A stretch of DNA of 33,822 bases from NCBI GenBank assembly GCA_963755715.1, contig CAVWLW010000070.1, positions 1 through 33,822 on the forward strand. Reading direction: 5' to 3'. Of the stretch, positions 18,519-28,152 are shown in pieces; position 1 is the stretch's first letter; each line of letters begins with the position of its first letter. Position numbers and translations under genes: made by a program. Below the pieces are notes generated by a model that ran no database searches, was not told where the DNA came from, and saw nothing but the letters and a program-made list of their open reading frames with translations. The stretch is from an uncultured delta proteobacterium. Lineage in GTDB: Bacteria; Desulfobacterota; Binatia; UBA9968.

Positions 18519-19344
18519 ATGGATAGGACCGATACGCCCCGTTTCGAAGCGATGACCACCGGGACACTGCTCGATCGCGCCTTTCGCCTCTACACCAATA
18601 ATTTTTCCTTAATGCTCGGCATCACCGCCGTGGCCTACGTGCCGTTCTATTTGATCATGCTCATGCTCGAGTCGAGTTTAGGCATCAGCGTCCATAGACC
18701 CGGCGGCGGTTTGTCGACGGTGCTGTTTCTCATCGTTTTCATCGTCCTTTGGGCGAGCGTTGCGTTTCCGATTGCCGGTGGCGCCGCCACCTACGCGATC
18801 AGCGAACGGTACCTGGGTAACGAGGTTACGATCGGCGAGGCGCTGCGCCGGGGTTTGGGCTGCTTCTGGACGTTGTCGTTAGCGGAAATTACCGCCACGA
18901 TTCGAATGATGTTCGGCATTCTTTTATTGATCGTGCCCGGGATTCTTTGGATGCTTTCGTACTCCTTGATCGTTCCGGCAATTCTCGTCGAGGGCCAAAA
19001 GGCGATGCCGAGCCTGAGACGAAGCCGCGATTTAGTGAAAGGTTACCGCGGCAAAGTATTCTGCGTCACGATGGTCATCATCCTGCTGGAAATGATTCTG
19101 GGCGCCGGTGTCGGGCATGATTTCCAGTTGGCTTTTCAATCCCGGCTCGGGCGGCGGCGCGCTTCTCAGCTCGGCGATAAACAACTTGGCATCGATTTTT
19201 ATGACCCCGCTGCTCATCATCGCGACCATTCTACTCTATTACGATATGCGCATCCGCAAGGAGGGTTTCGACCTCGAAATGCTCAGCCACGCAATCACGC
19301 CCAACGCGGAAAGCGCGCTGGTGGCGCCGACGCTGAGCCGTTAA
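18519..19344 (+). CDS. Membrane protein (GDPD-membrane-domain/DUF7544-like), frameshift near 19114
   Basis: AAGGAG RBS, MTTGTLLDRAFRLY, LLIVPGI and SLRRSRDLVKG; the C-terminus LLYYDMRIRKEGFDLE lies in ORF 19108..19344. Confidence 0.82.
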
Positions 19345-19350
19345 TTATCG

Positions 19351-20007
19351 ATGTCGGTTGTCCTTCAATCCAATCAGGTTCCTTCTGCGGAGGCTATCCG
19401 CGCGGCGACTCGAGAAATTCTCGACCGCCCGGAGTTCACCGAGCCTTCCCGCTGGTGGCAGATCTTTTTCGAGATGGTCAAAGCGATCAAGGAGTGGCTC
19501 GACGCGCTCAGCGCTTGGTCGGAAGCCAATCCTGTCCTCGCTCGCGTTTTGTTTGTCATTGCGCTCTTGGTCTTGCTCGTCTGCCTTGCCCATCTGCTCT
19601 ATCTCGCGCTAGCCGATGTGCTTCCTTTCGGGCGAAAAAAAAACAGCCCGACGGCACGCTCGAACCGCTGGGAGATTTTGCAAGGCACAGCGACCAACTG
19701 GCACGAAGCCTTACGAATGGCTCGCGATGAGCTCAAGGAGGGCAACGTGCGGCGTGCGGTCTGGATCGCGCATCGGGTTTTGTTGGGTCTCTTGGACGAA
19801 CAGGGCGCGATCAAATTCGCCGGCTGGAAAACCAACTCCCATTACCTGGGCGAATGCGCCCGCAGCCATCCCTGGTATGCGATTTTTGCCGAGTTAAGCG
19901 ATCTTTATGAACGCGCGATTTACGCGCGCCTGCTTCCTCCCGCCGACGCCGCCGAAGCTTTGCTAGTCCGTGTCAATCACCTCTGTGAGACCGATAGCGT
20001 CCCATGA
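19351..20007 (+). CDS. DUF4129-like domain membrane protein
   Basis: REILDRPEF, one TM segment, AVWIAHRVLLGLLDEQGAI..WKTNSHYL..FAELSDLYERAIYA pattern; operon context. Confidence 0.78.
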   Translation: MSVVLQSNQVPSAEAIRAATREILDRPEFTEPSRWWQIFFEMVKAIKEWLDALSAWSEANPVLARVLFVIALLVLLVCLAHLLYLALADVLPFGRKKNSPTARSNRWEILQGTATNWHEALRMARDELKEGNVRRAVWIAHRVLLGLLDEQGAIKFAGWKTNSHYLGECARSHPWYAIFAELSDLYERAIYARLLPPADAAEALLVRVNHLCETDSVP

Positions 20008-21260
20008 CCGCGCAGACCTATAACCGCGTGACCGCTACGGTGGCAACGAGCATTTTCCTAATCCTCTCGCTGCTGTTGGCAAATTTTTCTAACCAAGACA
20101 GTCCCGATGTGATTCAACGGCGTCCCTCGACGTTCTTTACCGATTCCACCGGCGCGCGCGCGTTACTGCTGGTCATGAGAAGACTCTTGCCCTCGGTAGA
20201 GCAGTGGCGCCGACCGCTCTATTTGCTGCCGTTGCCGGATCAAGCGGGCAGCGCGAGTACGCTTATCGTCGCCGACCCGGGCAGGTCGATATCCAATCGC
20301 GAAGGGCAACATCTGGACCGCTGGCTCGCCGCCGGCGGGCAACTCATTTTGCTAACCGGCAACGGCTGGCTGATGGGCCAAGGTTCGGTTGCCAACGACG
20401 AGCGTCCAGAAGAAATCGTCGATGGCGCGAATGAAAACCGCGCGGACAAATCCGAAAAATACTTGTCGCGCTATGCGCCGTCGCTCGCCTGGGCGAAGCC
20501 GGGAAAATTTAAAACCGGTCAAGCCAGCGGCTCGTCGGTTCGATCCGGAGAGTTGAAGCTGCGTTGGCAACGCAGCTTTGCGCGAGTAAAGGACCTTAAC
20601 GTGATCGCCGCTGGCAACAACGAAGCCCTAGCCGTCGAAATCCCCGCGGGTCGAGGCCGGATTGTCGCCATCGCCGATCCAACAATGATCAGCAACGGCG
20701 CCTTGCGCCGCTCGGATAATGCCGTTTGGCTGGTGACTCTGGCCGCAGCTTGGGGCGAAGGTAAAATTCTTTTCGATGAATATCATCACGGCTTCGGCGA
20801 AAAGCGCGGCACCGGCGAGTTGATCCGCGCCTTTCTTGCGACGCCATGGGGCTGGATGGTTTTGCAACTCGCCGCCGCCGGCTTCTTGTATGTATTCGTC
20901 TATCGCCGCCGCTTCGGGCGGATCTCGGAACCGCCGGCAGCGGCGCGCGCAAGCCCGCTCGAACTGGTCAATGCACGGGGAGGTTTTCTTCAGGCTGCGG
21001 CCGCCCAGGGACTGGCGGCGCAATTGATCGTCGGCGAACTAACGCGAAACCTGACCAAAGGGCGGCGCAAGATTTCCGCGTCAACCGACTTGGTCGACAC
21101 TCTAGAAGAAACCTGGGCGCCGGCCGGCGACGCTAAACCGAGGGTTGCCGCGTTGCGCGCCTTGCTGGCGAAAACGCAAAACGGCGAGCAACTCACCGAC
21201 AGGGAATTTATCGAGTTGGGCGCCGCCGCTGGAGATCTCATCAAAGGATCACAACTATGA
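20004..21260 (+). CDS. DUF4350-like domain membrane-anchored protein
   Basis: PSTF..GARAL, LDRWLAAGGQLIL, GRGRIVAIADP..SNGAL..DN, LFDEYHHG and RRRFG motifs; ATGA overlaps on both sides. Confidence 0.82.
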   Translation: MTAQTYNRVTATVATSIFLILSLLLANFSNQDSPDVIQRRPSTFFTDSTGARALLLVMRRLLPSVEQWRRPLYLLPLPDQAGSASTLIVADPGRSISNREGQHLDRWLAAGGQLILLTGNGWLMGQGSVANDERPEEIVDGANENRADKSEKYLSRYAPSLAWAKPGKFKTGQASGSSVRSGELKLRWQRSFARVKDLNVIAAGNNEALAVEIPAGRGRIVAIADPTMISNGALRRSDNAVWLVTLAAAWGEGKILFDEYHHGFGEKRGTGELIRAFLATPWGWMVLQLAAAGFLYVFVYRRRFGRISEPPAAARASPLELVNARGGFLQAAAAQGLAAQLIVGELTRNLTKGRRKISASTDLVDTLEETWAPAGDAKPRVAALRALLAKTQNGEQLTDREFIELGAAAGDLIKGSQL

Positions 21261-22225
21261 GTGCTGAAAACATTTCCGTCGACGTGTTGAATATCGGTCG
21301 CGCCGTGCAAGCTGAGTTGCAGCGCGTGATCTACGGTCAAGCAGTGGCTATACAAAGCCTGCTCGTCGCTGTCGCCGCCGGCGGCCACGTGCTGATCGAA
21401 GGCGTGCCGGGCGTCGCCAAGACCCTGCTCGCGCGCAGCCTCGCGGCGGCGCTGCGCTGCCGCTTTTCACGCATCCAGTTCACCCCCGACCTGATGCCGT
21501 CGGACATCACAGGCGTTAATGTCTTTGACTCGAAAACTAATGAATTCCGTTTTCGCTCCGGTCCATTGTTCGCGGATATTGTATTGGCCGACGAAATCAA
21601 CCGCGCCCCGGCAAAGACCCAAGCGGCGTTGCTCGAAGCGATGCAAGATTATCAGGTGAGCATCGACGGGCAAAGCCATCAGCTATCGAACTGGTTCACG
21701 GTGGTCGCCACGGAAAACCCGATCGAATACGAGGGCACCTATCCGCTCCCGGAGGCGCAATTGGATCGCTTCCTAATGAAAGTCGTCGTCGATTATCCCG
21801 CCGAGGAAGAAGAACGGGCGATGCTCAAATCAGCCCAGACTTTGGGCGAAAAATCGGCGCAGCCCCACAGCGTCATCCAACCGGTCATCGGAGCGGAAGA
21901 AATCGCTCGGCTGCGCGCCGCGACCCACGCCGTCCGGGTGGATGAAACGGTGCTGGAATATGCGCTGAAACTCATTCGTCAGTCGCGCAGCTTTCCGAGT
22001 CTCACCCTCGGTGCGAGCCCGCGCGCTGCGATCATGCTGCTGCAAGCGGCCAAGGCGCTGGCCGTGCTGCGCGGCCATGATTATGTCACGCCGGATGAGA
22101 TCCAATTAATTGCGTTGCCGGTGTTGCGCCATCGCGTGCGCTTGACGCCCGAGGCGGAAATCGAAGGGCTCACCCCCGACGGTTGTCTTCAATCGCTGAT
22201 CGCGCAAGTAGAGATTCCCCGATAG
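21257..22225 (+). CDS. moxR: MoxR family AAA+ ATPase
   Basis: GHVLIEGVPGVAKT (Walker A), RIQFTPDLMPSDITG, LADEINRAPAKTQAALLEAM (Walker B), EGTYPLPEAQLDRF and GASPR. Confidence 0.96.
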   Translation: MSAENISVDVLNIGRAVQAELQRVIYGQAVAIQSLLVAVAAGGHVLIEGVPGVAKTLLARSLAAALRCRFSRIQFTPDLMPSDITGVNVFDSKTNEFRFRSGPLFADIVLADEINRAPAKTQAALLEAMQDYQVSIDGQSHQLSNWFTVVATENPIEYEGTYPLPEAQLDRFLMKVVVDYPAEEEERAMLKSAQTLGEKSAQPHSVIQPVIGAEEIARLRAATHAVRVDETVLEYALKLIRQSRSFPSLTLGASPRAAIMLLQAAKALAVLRGHDYVTPDEIQLIALPVLRHRVRLTPEAEIEGLTPDGCLQSLIAQVEIPR

Positions 22226-22230
22226 ACAAA

Positions 22231-23559
22231 ATGATCGCCGCTCTTTCGCTGCTGCCGACTTTGAAGCTAATCCGGCTGATCGCGCTGGGCGTGCCGCTTT
22301 GGCTGATCGCGCTTTTGCTGCCCGCAGGGTGGCTCGCCGGCTTGGCTTATCTCGTCCTGCTCACTGCGCTCTGCTGGCGCGACGTTAACACAATCCCGCG
22401 AGCTTCGGAGCTCAGCGCGCGCCGTGAGCTGCCGCCACGTTTCGCTCTCGGCGTCGATCAGTCGCTCACGCTCGTTTTACTGAATCGGACCGCGCTCGCG
22501 TTGCTCGCCTGGGTGCGCGACGAGGTACCTGAGAGTTTCGAATCGCGCGACGAACTGCCGCCTGTACACTTGCCGCCCCACGGCGAAGCGCGCCTGAATT
22601 ATACGGTTCGGCCGCTTAAACGCGGCGCCCACGCTTTCGGCGACGTGGTTCTACGCGTGCAAGGGCAACACGGATTGACGCAGCGGCAAATGACGCTCAC
22701 GGTCGGCGACACGGTGAAAGTCTATCCGAACTTCCGAGGCGTCGACCAGTACCCACTCCTGGCGAAAACCGATCGACAGGAAGAAAGCGCGCGCAGGCCG
22801 CGCCCCTTCAAAGCCGCCGGCACCGACTTCGAGAGTCTCCGCCCCTACATCGCCGGCGAAGACCCGCGCAACATCGATTGGAAGGCGACGGCGCGCCGTG
22901 GCGCTCTGATCAGTCGAAATAGACAGGTGGAAAAGGGACAACAGCTCGCCGTGCTCTTGGATGCCGGGCGGCTGATGGCGGAAACCATCGGTGAATATTC
23001 CAGGTTGGAGCACGCGATCAACGCCACGGTCATGCTCAGTTATGTCGCGCAAAGGCGCGGTGACGCTCTCGCCGTCGCGGCTTTTTCGAACCAGCTCGAA
23101 TCTTTTTTGCCGCCGGTGCGCGGCCCGGCTTTGCTGGGCCGCGTTCTCGAATCGCTTTACGCCGTTGAGGCGCGTCCGGTGGAATCCGACTATTGGCAAG
23201 TGATCGCCCAGTTGATGGCGCAGCTCAGGCGGCGCAGCCTGGTGATTCTGCTGACCGACGTGCTCGATGCTACGGCGAGCGCGGGCTTGATTCATAATCT
23301 GGCGCGCGCCGCCGAAAGGCACGTGGTGTTGTGCGTCGTGTTGACCGAGCCCTTGATCGGCGCCATCGCCCATTCGGTGCCCGCCACGGTCGAAGAAACT
23401 TACCGCAAAGCGGCGGCGTGCGATCAGGTGCGCCGGCGCTCGCTGGCGCTGGAAAACATGCGCTCCCGAGGAATTTTAGTGCTGGAGACCGATCCGGCGC
23501 ACTTGAGCGTCCATTTGGTCCAACGTTACCTGGAAATTCGCCAGGCCGATTTGCAGTAG
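22231..23559 (+). CDS. DUF58 domain protein (vWA-like MoxR partner) with N-terminal TM segments
   Basis: VKVYPN, GTDFESLRPYIAGEDPRNIDWKATAR, LDAGRLM and RRSLVILLTD. ATG at 22231. Confidence 0.92.
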   Translation: MIAALSLLPTLKLIRLIALGVPLWLIALLLPAGWLAGLAYLVLLTALCWRDVNTIPRASELSARRELPPRFALGVDQSLTLVLLNRTALALLAWVRDEVPESFESRDELPPVHLPPHGEARLNYTVRPLKRGAHAFGDVVLRVQGQHGLTQRQMTLTVGDTVKVYPNFRGVDQYPLLAKTDRQEESARRPRPFKAAGTDFESLRPYIAGEDPRNIDWKATARRGALISRNRQVEKGQQLAVLLDAGRLMAETIGEYSRLEHAINATVMLSYVAQRRGDALAVAAFSNQLESFLPPVRGPALLGRVLESLYAVEARPVESDYWQVIAQLMAQLRRRSLVILLTDVLDATASAGLIHNLARAAERHVVLCVVLTEPLIGAIAHSVPATVEETYRKAAACDQVRRRSLALENMRSRGILVLETDPAHLSVHLVQRYLEIRQADLQ

Positions 23560-23600
23560 CCGTTATGGCAAGACCGGTGCAAAATGGGAAAGATGAATGG

Positions 23601-23670
23601 CACCACGAAGGACACGAAGGGTTGGGATTTGTTTAAATTAACCTTCGTGCTCTTCGTGGCCTTCGTGGTG
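23601..23670. repeat. Palindromic REP-like element built from 9-bp CACGAAGnn units
   Basis: CACCACGAAGGACACGAAGG ... CCTTCGTGCTCTTCGTGGCCTTCGTGGTG with an AT-rich spacer. Confidence 0.75.
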
Positions 23671-23799
23671 GAAAAGCATTTTCTCAAATGCAGGTTCAGT
23701 TTCGCAAAATTTTTGTACAACCGGCGACCTTACGGGGTCGCCCGTCCGACGAATAGATTGTTCAAATTAAACCACGAGCGAAAATTTTAACGGAAAAAA

Positions 23800-24666
23800 A
23801 TGGACGAGCGTGTTTTTATTTCCACCCCCGATCACGTCACTCTCGAGTTCGAGCTCGCCGGCCCCGGCTCGCGCTTTTCCGCCTACGTAATCGATTTTAT
23901 TTTTAACGTCCTGTTGATCGTCATCATCGCCCTGGCGCTTTATGCCAGCGGTGCCATCGTCTCTTTCAGATCGCTGCTCGGCGCCGCGAAGAGCGGGTCC
24001 TGGGGCGCGTCTTGGATTTTGGCGCTCCTGGTGTTGATCGTTTTTTTGATCAACTGGGGTTACTACGTTTTGTTCGAAGGCTTGAACAAGGGTTCGACGC
24101 CGGGGAAAAAACGGGTCGGCATTCGCGTCATCCGCCAGGACGGGCTGCCGATCGGACTGCGCGAAGCGGCGCTGCGCAACTTGGTTCGCGCCGCCGACAT
24201 GCTGCCGCCGCCTTCGTATATTTTAGGCGGCTTGGTCATGCACTTCGATCCGCAGGGGCGGCGCCTGGGGGATATGGTGGCCGGCACCTGTGTGATCGTC
24301 GAGAAGTTCGACCTCGTCGCCCAGGGCGCCAGCGGTGCGGCCTGGGCCAGCCGGGTGGAACAGGGACGCTCGCGCGAGGCGCTCACCCTGCCGCGCGGCG
24401 CGATCTCGCCGCAGCAGGTCGGCTTGATCGAGCGATATCTCGCGCGGCGTCACCAGTTGTCCGAAGAGCGCCGCGCGCAACTGGCCTGGCAAATCGCCGA
24501 ACCGCTACTGCCGCTGCTCGGCCAAGACCGTGAGAGCGCGGCGCGCCGCGCCGATCGCGGCGCTTATTGTGAATCGCTGCTCCTGCAGGTGATCGAGCTC
24601 ACGCAAACCAAGACGCCGAACATCACGATGGCGGAGAAGGCGCCGCCAGCGGCGTCGCTCTTTTAA
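23800..24666 (+). CDS. RDD family protein
   Basis: TPDHVTLEFELAGPGSRFSAYVID, GSTPGKKRVGIRV, RNLVRAAD and RRLGDMVAGT. Confidence 0.93.
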   Translation: MDERVFISTPDHVTLEFELAGPGSRFSAYVIDFIFNVLLIVIIALALYASGAIVSFRSLLGAAKSGSWGASWILALLVLIVFLINWGYYVLFEGLNKGSTPGKKRVGIRVIRQDGLPIGLREAALRNLVRAADMLPPPSYILGGLVMHFDPQGRRLGDMVAGTCVIVEKFDLVAQGASGAAWASRVEQGRSREALTLPRGAISPQQVGLIERYLARRHQLSEERRAQLAWQIAEPLLPLLGQDRESAARRADRGAYCESLLLQVIELTQTKTPNITMAEKAPPAASLF

Positions 24667-24680
24667 AAGCGGCATCGACC

Positions 24681-25664
24681 GTGCAAAGCGCCGAGGAAAA
24701 ATTCGCCCAATGGACCGGTTTCTATCGGCGCGCCCAGGCGATCTTACGCGCCGGCCGGCGCGGTTTGAAGAAGCTAAACGGCGCCGAGATCACCCGTCTG
24801 ATCGACGATTATCAGGCGCTCACCGCCGACCTGGCGCGCGCCCGCTCGCTCGGCGCAGCGCGCGAGACCGTCGACCAACTCAACCGCATCGCCGTCGCCG
24901 GTCACAACTTGCTCTACGGTCAGATTCGTCGGCGCGAAAGCGCCGCGGCCGCGCGCGGCTTTGCGAATTTTGCCGGCGCCGTGCGCCGCCATGCCTGGGC
25001 CGTGACGCTTTCCGCCCTCATGTTTTTCGGCTCCGCCGTCGTCAGTTTTGTCGCCGTTCAGCTGCATCCATCCTTGGCATACGACCTGCTCGCCGACGAA
25101 TTTCTCGACTTCGATCCGGCCAGCCCGGATAATTTGCACAGCATACCGAGCCTCGCTCGCCCGGTGGTTTCATCGCTGATCATTTCCAACAACATCCAAG
25201 TGACCTTGCTCGCCTTCGGTTTCGGCCTCACCGCGGGCGTCGGAACAACCGTGTTGCTGATTTTTAACGGCATCCATTTGGGCTCGGTCGCCGGCTGGAT
25301 GAGCCTGCACGGCAAAGATCGAGCTTTATGGGGCTGGATCATGCCGCACGGCGCGACGGAATTGCTGGCGATTTGCCTGGCCGGCGCCGCAGGTTATATG
25401 CTCGCGAGCGCCATCATCGTCCCCGGCCGGCTGCGCCGCGCCACCGCGCTCAAACGAGTCGGCGGTCCAGCGTTGACGATCGAGCTTGGCTGCATGGTTA
25501 TGTTGGTGATTGCAGGAGTGATCGAGGGCTTCGTTTCGCCCAGCGCTATTGATTATCCGACTCGTATCGGCGTGCTGCTTGCCAGCATCGCGCTCTGGGC
25601 GCTCTACTTTTTTGGCGCCGGTCGGAATCGCGGCGCGCGCCCTGACGAGCCACCAGGGGATTAG
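24681..25664 (+). CDS. Stage II sporulation protein M (SpoIIM/DUF95) family membrane protein
   Basis: YQALTADLARAR, SNNIQVTLLAF, NGIHLG, PHGATEL and AGVIEGFVSP. Confidence 0.92.
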   Translation: MQSAEEKFAQWTGFYRRAQAILRAGRRGLKKLNGAEITRLIDDYQALTADLARARSLGAARETVDQLNRIAVAGHNLLYGQIRRRESAAAARGFANFAGAVRRHAWAVTLSALMFFGSAVVSFVAVQLHPSLAYDLLADEFLDFDPASPDNLHSIPSLARPVVSSLIISNNIQVTLLAFGFGLTAGVGTTVLLIFNGIHLGSVAGWMSLHGKDRALWGWIMPHGATELLAICLAGAAGYMLASAIIVPGRLRRATALKRVGGPALTIELGCMVMLVIAGVIEGFVSPSAIDYPTRIGVLLASIALWALYFFGAGRNRGARPDEPPGD

Positions 25665-25744
25665 CTCGTCTCTTGACGATTTATCGTACCCTTTACCTAT
25701 GATCCTTTCGTTACCGCTCCATTGGTGAGAAGAAAAATCAGAAT

Positions 25745-27376
25745 ATGATGCGCTTGCACCAACGTCTCCTCGCTTTGCTCGGCCTGCTGATTCTGCTGCT
25801 GATCGTCACAACGATTTTATACATGTGGGGGATGACCTATCTCGAAGGCAAACCCCGGGGATTTTGGGACGCCTTGGAATGGGCGGGGGAATCGTTGTCG
25901 ACGACCGGATACGGCCGCGATTCCAACTGGAACCATCCGCTCATGGTATCCTATGTCGTGCTGGTGCAATTTGTCGGCGTGTTTCTGGTTTTCCTGGTTT
26001 TTCCCATTTATGTGATTCCTTTTTTCGAGGAGCGTTTCGAAACCCGACTACCGAAAGAAATTCCTAGTCTCAAGGAACACGTGGTCATTTTCGATTACGG
26101 TCCGCCGGTAGCGACGCTGCTCACCGAGCTGGAGCAAGCCAGCATCGCAACCGTTGTCGTCGAAGAAGACGAAAACGACGCGCGCCGCCTGCATGAACAA
26201 GGGCATCGGGTCATTCACGGCAATCTCGACGAAGGAGTGTTGCAGAAAACTCATTTGATCCAGGCGCGCGCGCTCATCGTCAACAGCACCGACGATCGGA
26301 ACGCCGCGACGATTCTGACCGCACGCCAGCTTGGCTTCAAAGGCGAGATCCTCGCGTTGGTCGAAGACCCTTATCATCGCGAGCCGATCATCCTGGCCGG
26401 CGCCAGTGGCGCTTACACGCCGCGTCACGTGTTGGGCGCCGCCTTGGCCGCTCGCGCCAGCCAGAAAGTCAGCCCCACAGTCGCCGGGATCCAGCACCTC
26501 GGCCATAAGCTTCAGGTCGGCGAGGCGCGCATCACCCGCGATAGCGTGCTCGGCGGCAAGACACTCGCCGAAGCCGATCTCGGCCAGCACGCCGGCGTCA
26601 CCGTGATCGGCCAGTGGATCGGCGGTAAGCTCATCACGCCGCCGACGCCGGACATGCGGCTCGAACCGGGCGGGATTCTCGTCCTTGCCGGCAATGCCGA
26701 AAGTTTGCAGCGCTTCATGAATCTTTGCGCCGGCGCGCGCCAGTTACGCCGCCACGGCCCGTTTCTAATTGCCGGCGGCGGCGAAGTCGGACGCAAGGTC
26801 GTTGAATTGTTAAGCGACGCCGGCGAAGAAACTTTTCTCATCGACACCCAGCCCGGACCCAGCGTTAATTTAGTCGGCAACGTCCTCGACACGCAGCTAT
26901 TGAAACAAGCCGGCGTGGAAAACATCCAGGCGGTAATCCTGGCGCTGAACACCGATTCGACGACACTCTTCGCTACGGTCATTTTCAAAGACCTGGCGCC
27001 TGATGTTCCGGTCATCGCCCGGGTCAATCGCGCTGAAAACGTCGAACGAATCTACGCCGCGGGCGCCGACTTTGCGCTTTCGATCAGTCAAGTTTCAGGG
27101 CAACTGCTTGCCTGGCGGCTGCTCGGGAAAGAATCCGTCGCCGTCGATCCCGAGCTTCGCGTGATCAAAGTGTCCACTCGCGGCTTGGAAAAATATCATC
27201 CAAGCCACGCGGATATTCGCGTCAAAACCGGCTGTACCGTTGTCGCCGTCGAGCGCGGCGAAGAGTTGCTCGTTGAATTTGTTCCCGACTTTCGCTTCCA
27301 ACCGGAGGACGCGGTATACATCTGCGGCGGCGCCGAGGCGGCGCAGAGATACTACGACATTTTTCCGCAGGAATAG
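25745..27376 (+). CDS. Potassium channel-like protein, 2 TM plus pore and two RCK (TrkA-N/TrkA-C) pairs
   Basis: Pore ESLSTTGYG between two TM helices, first RCK_N (HVVIFDYG..DDRNA), RCK_C, second RCK_N (IAGGGEVG..VIARVN..AGADFALS), RCK_C. Confidence 0.88.
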   Translation: MMRLHQRLLALLGLLILLLIVTTILYMWGMTYLEGKPRGFWDALEWAGESLSTTGYGRDSNWNHPLMVSYVVLVQFVGVFLVFLVFPIYVIPFFEERFETRLPKEIPSLKEHVVIFDYGPPVATLLTELEQASIATVVVEEDENDARRLHEQGHRVIHGNLDEGVLQKTHLIQARALIVNSTDDRNAATILTARQLGFKGEILALVEDPYHREPIILAGASGAYTPRHVLGAALAARASQKVSPTVAGIQHLGHKLQVGEARITRDSVLGGKTLAEADLGQHAGVTVIGQWIGGKLITPPTPDMRLEPGGILVLAGNAESLQRFMNLCAGARQLRRHGPFLIAGGGEVGRKVVELLSDAGEETFLIDTQPGPSVNLVGNVLDTQLLKQAGVENIQAVILALNTDSTTLFATVIFKDLAPDVPVIARVNRAENVERIYAAGADFALSISQVSGQLLAWRLLGKESVAVDPELRVIKVSTRGLEKYHPSHADIRVKTGCTVVAVERGEELLVEFVPDFRFQPEDAVYICGGAEAAQRYYDIFPQE

Positions 27377-27474
27377 GTAATGAATTGCTTAACGTCCTTG
27401 GCGCGAAAGCGTCTATCGATCCGTTTCGAGCGACCACCAGCGCCGTCGGGTAAAAATATGGGCGCGAGTGAAAC

Positions 27475-28114
27475 ATGACGCAGCCAAGCCCGCCTAATCC
27501 ACGCGTCCACTTCTCGATGCTTCGTAACTATCAGCTGGCGGATCTGATCACGCTCGCCAACGGCGCCGCCGGAACCGCCTCCGTATTCGCCACCATGAGT
27601 TATTTGACGACGCCGGAGCCGTGGCGCATCTATCTGGCCTTGTCCTTATTGCCGCTGGCGCTGATCCTCGACATCGCCGATGGCAAAGTCGCGCGCCGGC
27701 ACAACGAGCCGTCGCCTTTCGGCCAAGAGCTGGATTCGCTCGCCGACATCGTCAGCTTCGGCGTTGCCCCTGGCCGCTCTCGCCTACGGTCTCGGCATGC
27801 GCGGCACCCTCGACGTGATCGTTCTTATTTATTTTGTTGCCTGCGGCATCAGCCGTTTGGCGCGTTATAACGTCACCGCCGGTCAACTCGCCGACACCAG
27901 CGGCAAGGTAAAATATTTCGAGGGTACGCCGATTCCTTCGAGCTTGATTCTCGTCGCCGTGCTGGCGCTCTGTGTCTACTTCGGTCGCGCCGACGACAAT
28001 CTACCGCTTGGTGTGGTCGAAATCGGCGGCGCGCGCTGGCATCCGTTATCCCTGCTCTTTTTCGTCAACGGCAGTATGATGATTAGCAAGACATTGCGCA
28101 TACCGAAATTTTGA
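27475..28114 (+). CDS. pssA: CDP-diacylglycerol-serine O-phosphatidyltransferase (type II), frameshift near 27771
   Basis: ADLITLAN, DIADGKVARR..SPFGQELDSLADIVSFGVAP, RLARYNV and YFEGTPIP. Confidence 0.85.
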
Positions 28115-28152
28115 CGGCGTGTCCGCTCGCGGTCGCGCATCGCGGAGAAACA

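Noticed and set aside
23601-23670. Short periodic repeats here and at 31625-31702 and 33157-33302 as CRISPR arrays
   Set aside because: Units are 7-9 bp, arranged as inverted arms with no unique spacers, and there are no cas genes.
24681-25664. SpoIIM as evidence for sporulation
   Set aside because: The family is widespread in non-sporulators within MoxR/RDD clusters, and no other spo genes are present.
25673-25703. TTGACG/TATGAT sigma70 promoter for the K+ channel gene
   Set aside because: The spacer is 19 nt. Plausible, but too weakly supported to list as a feature.
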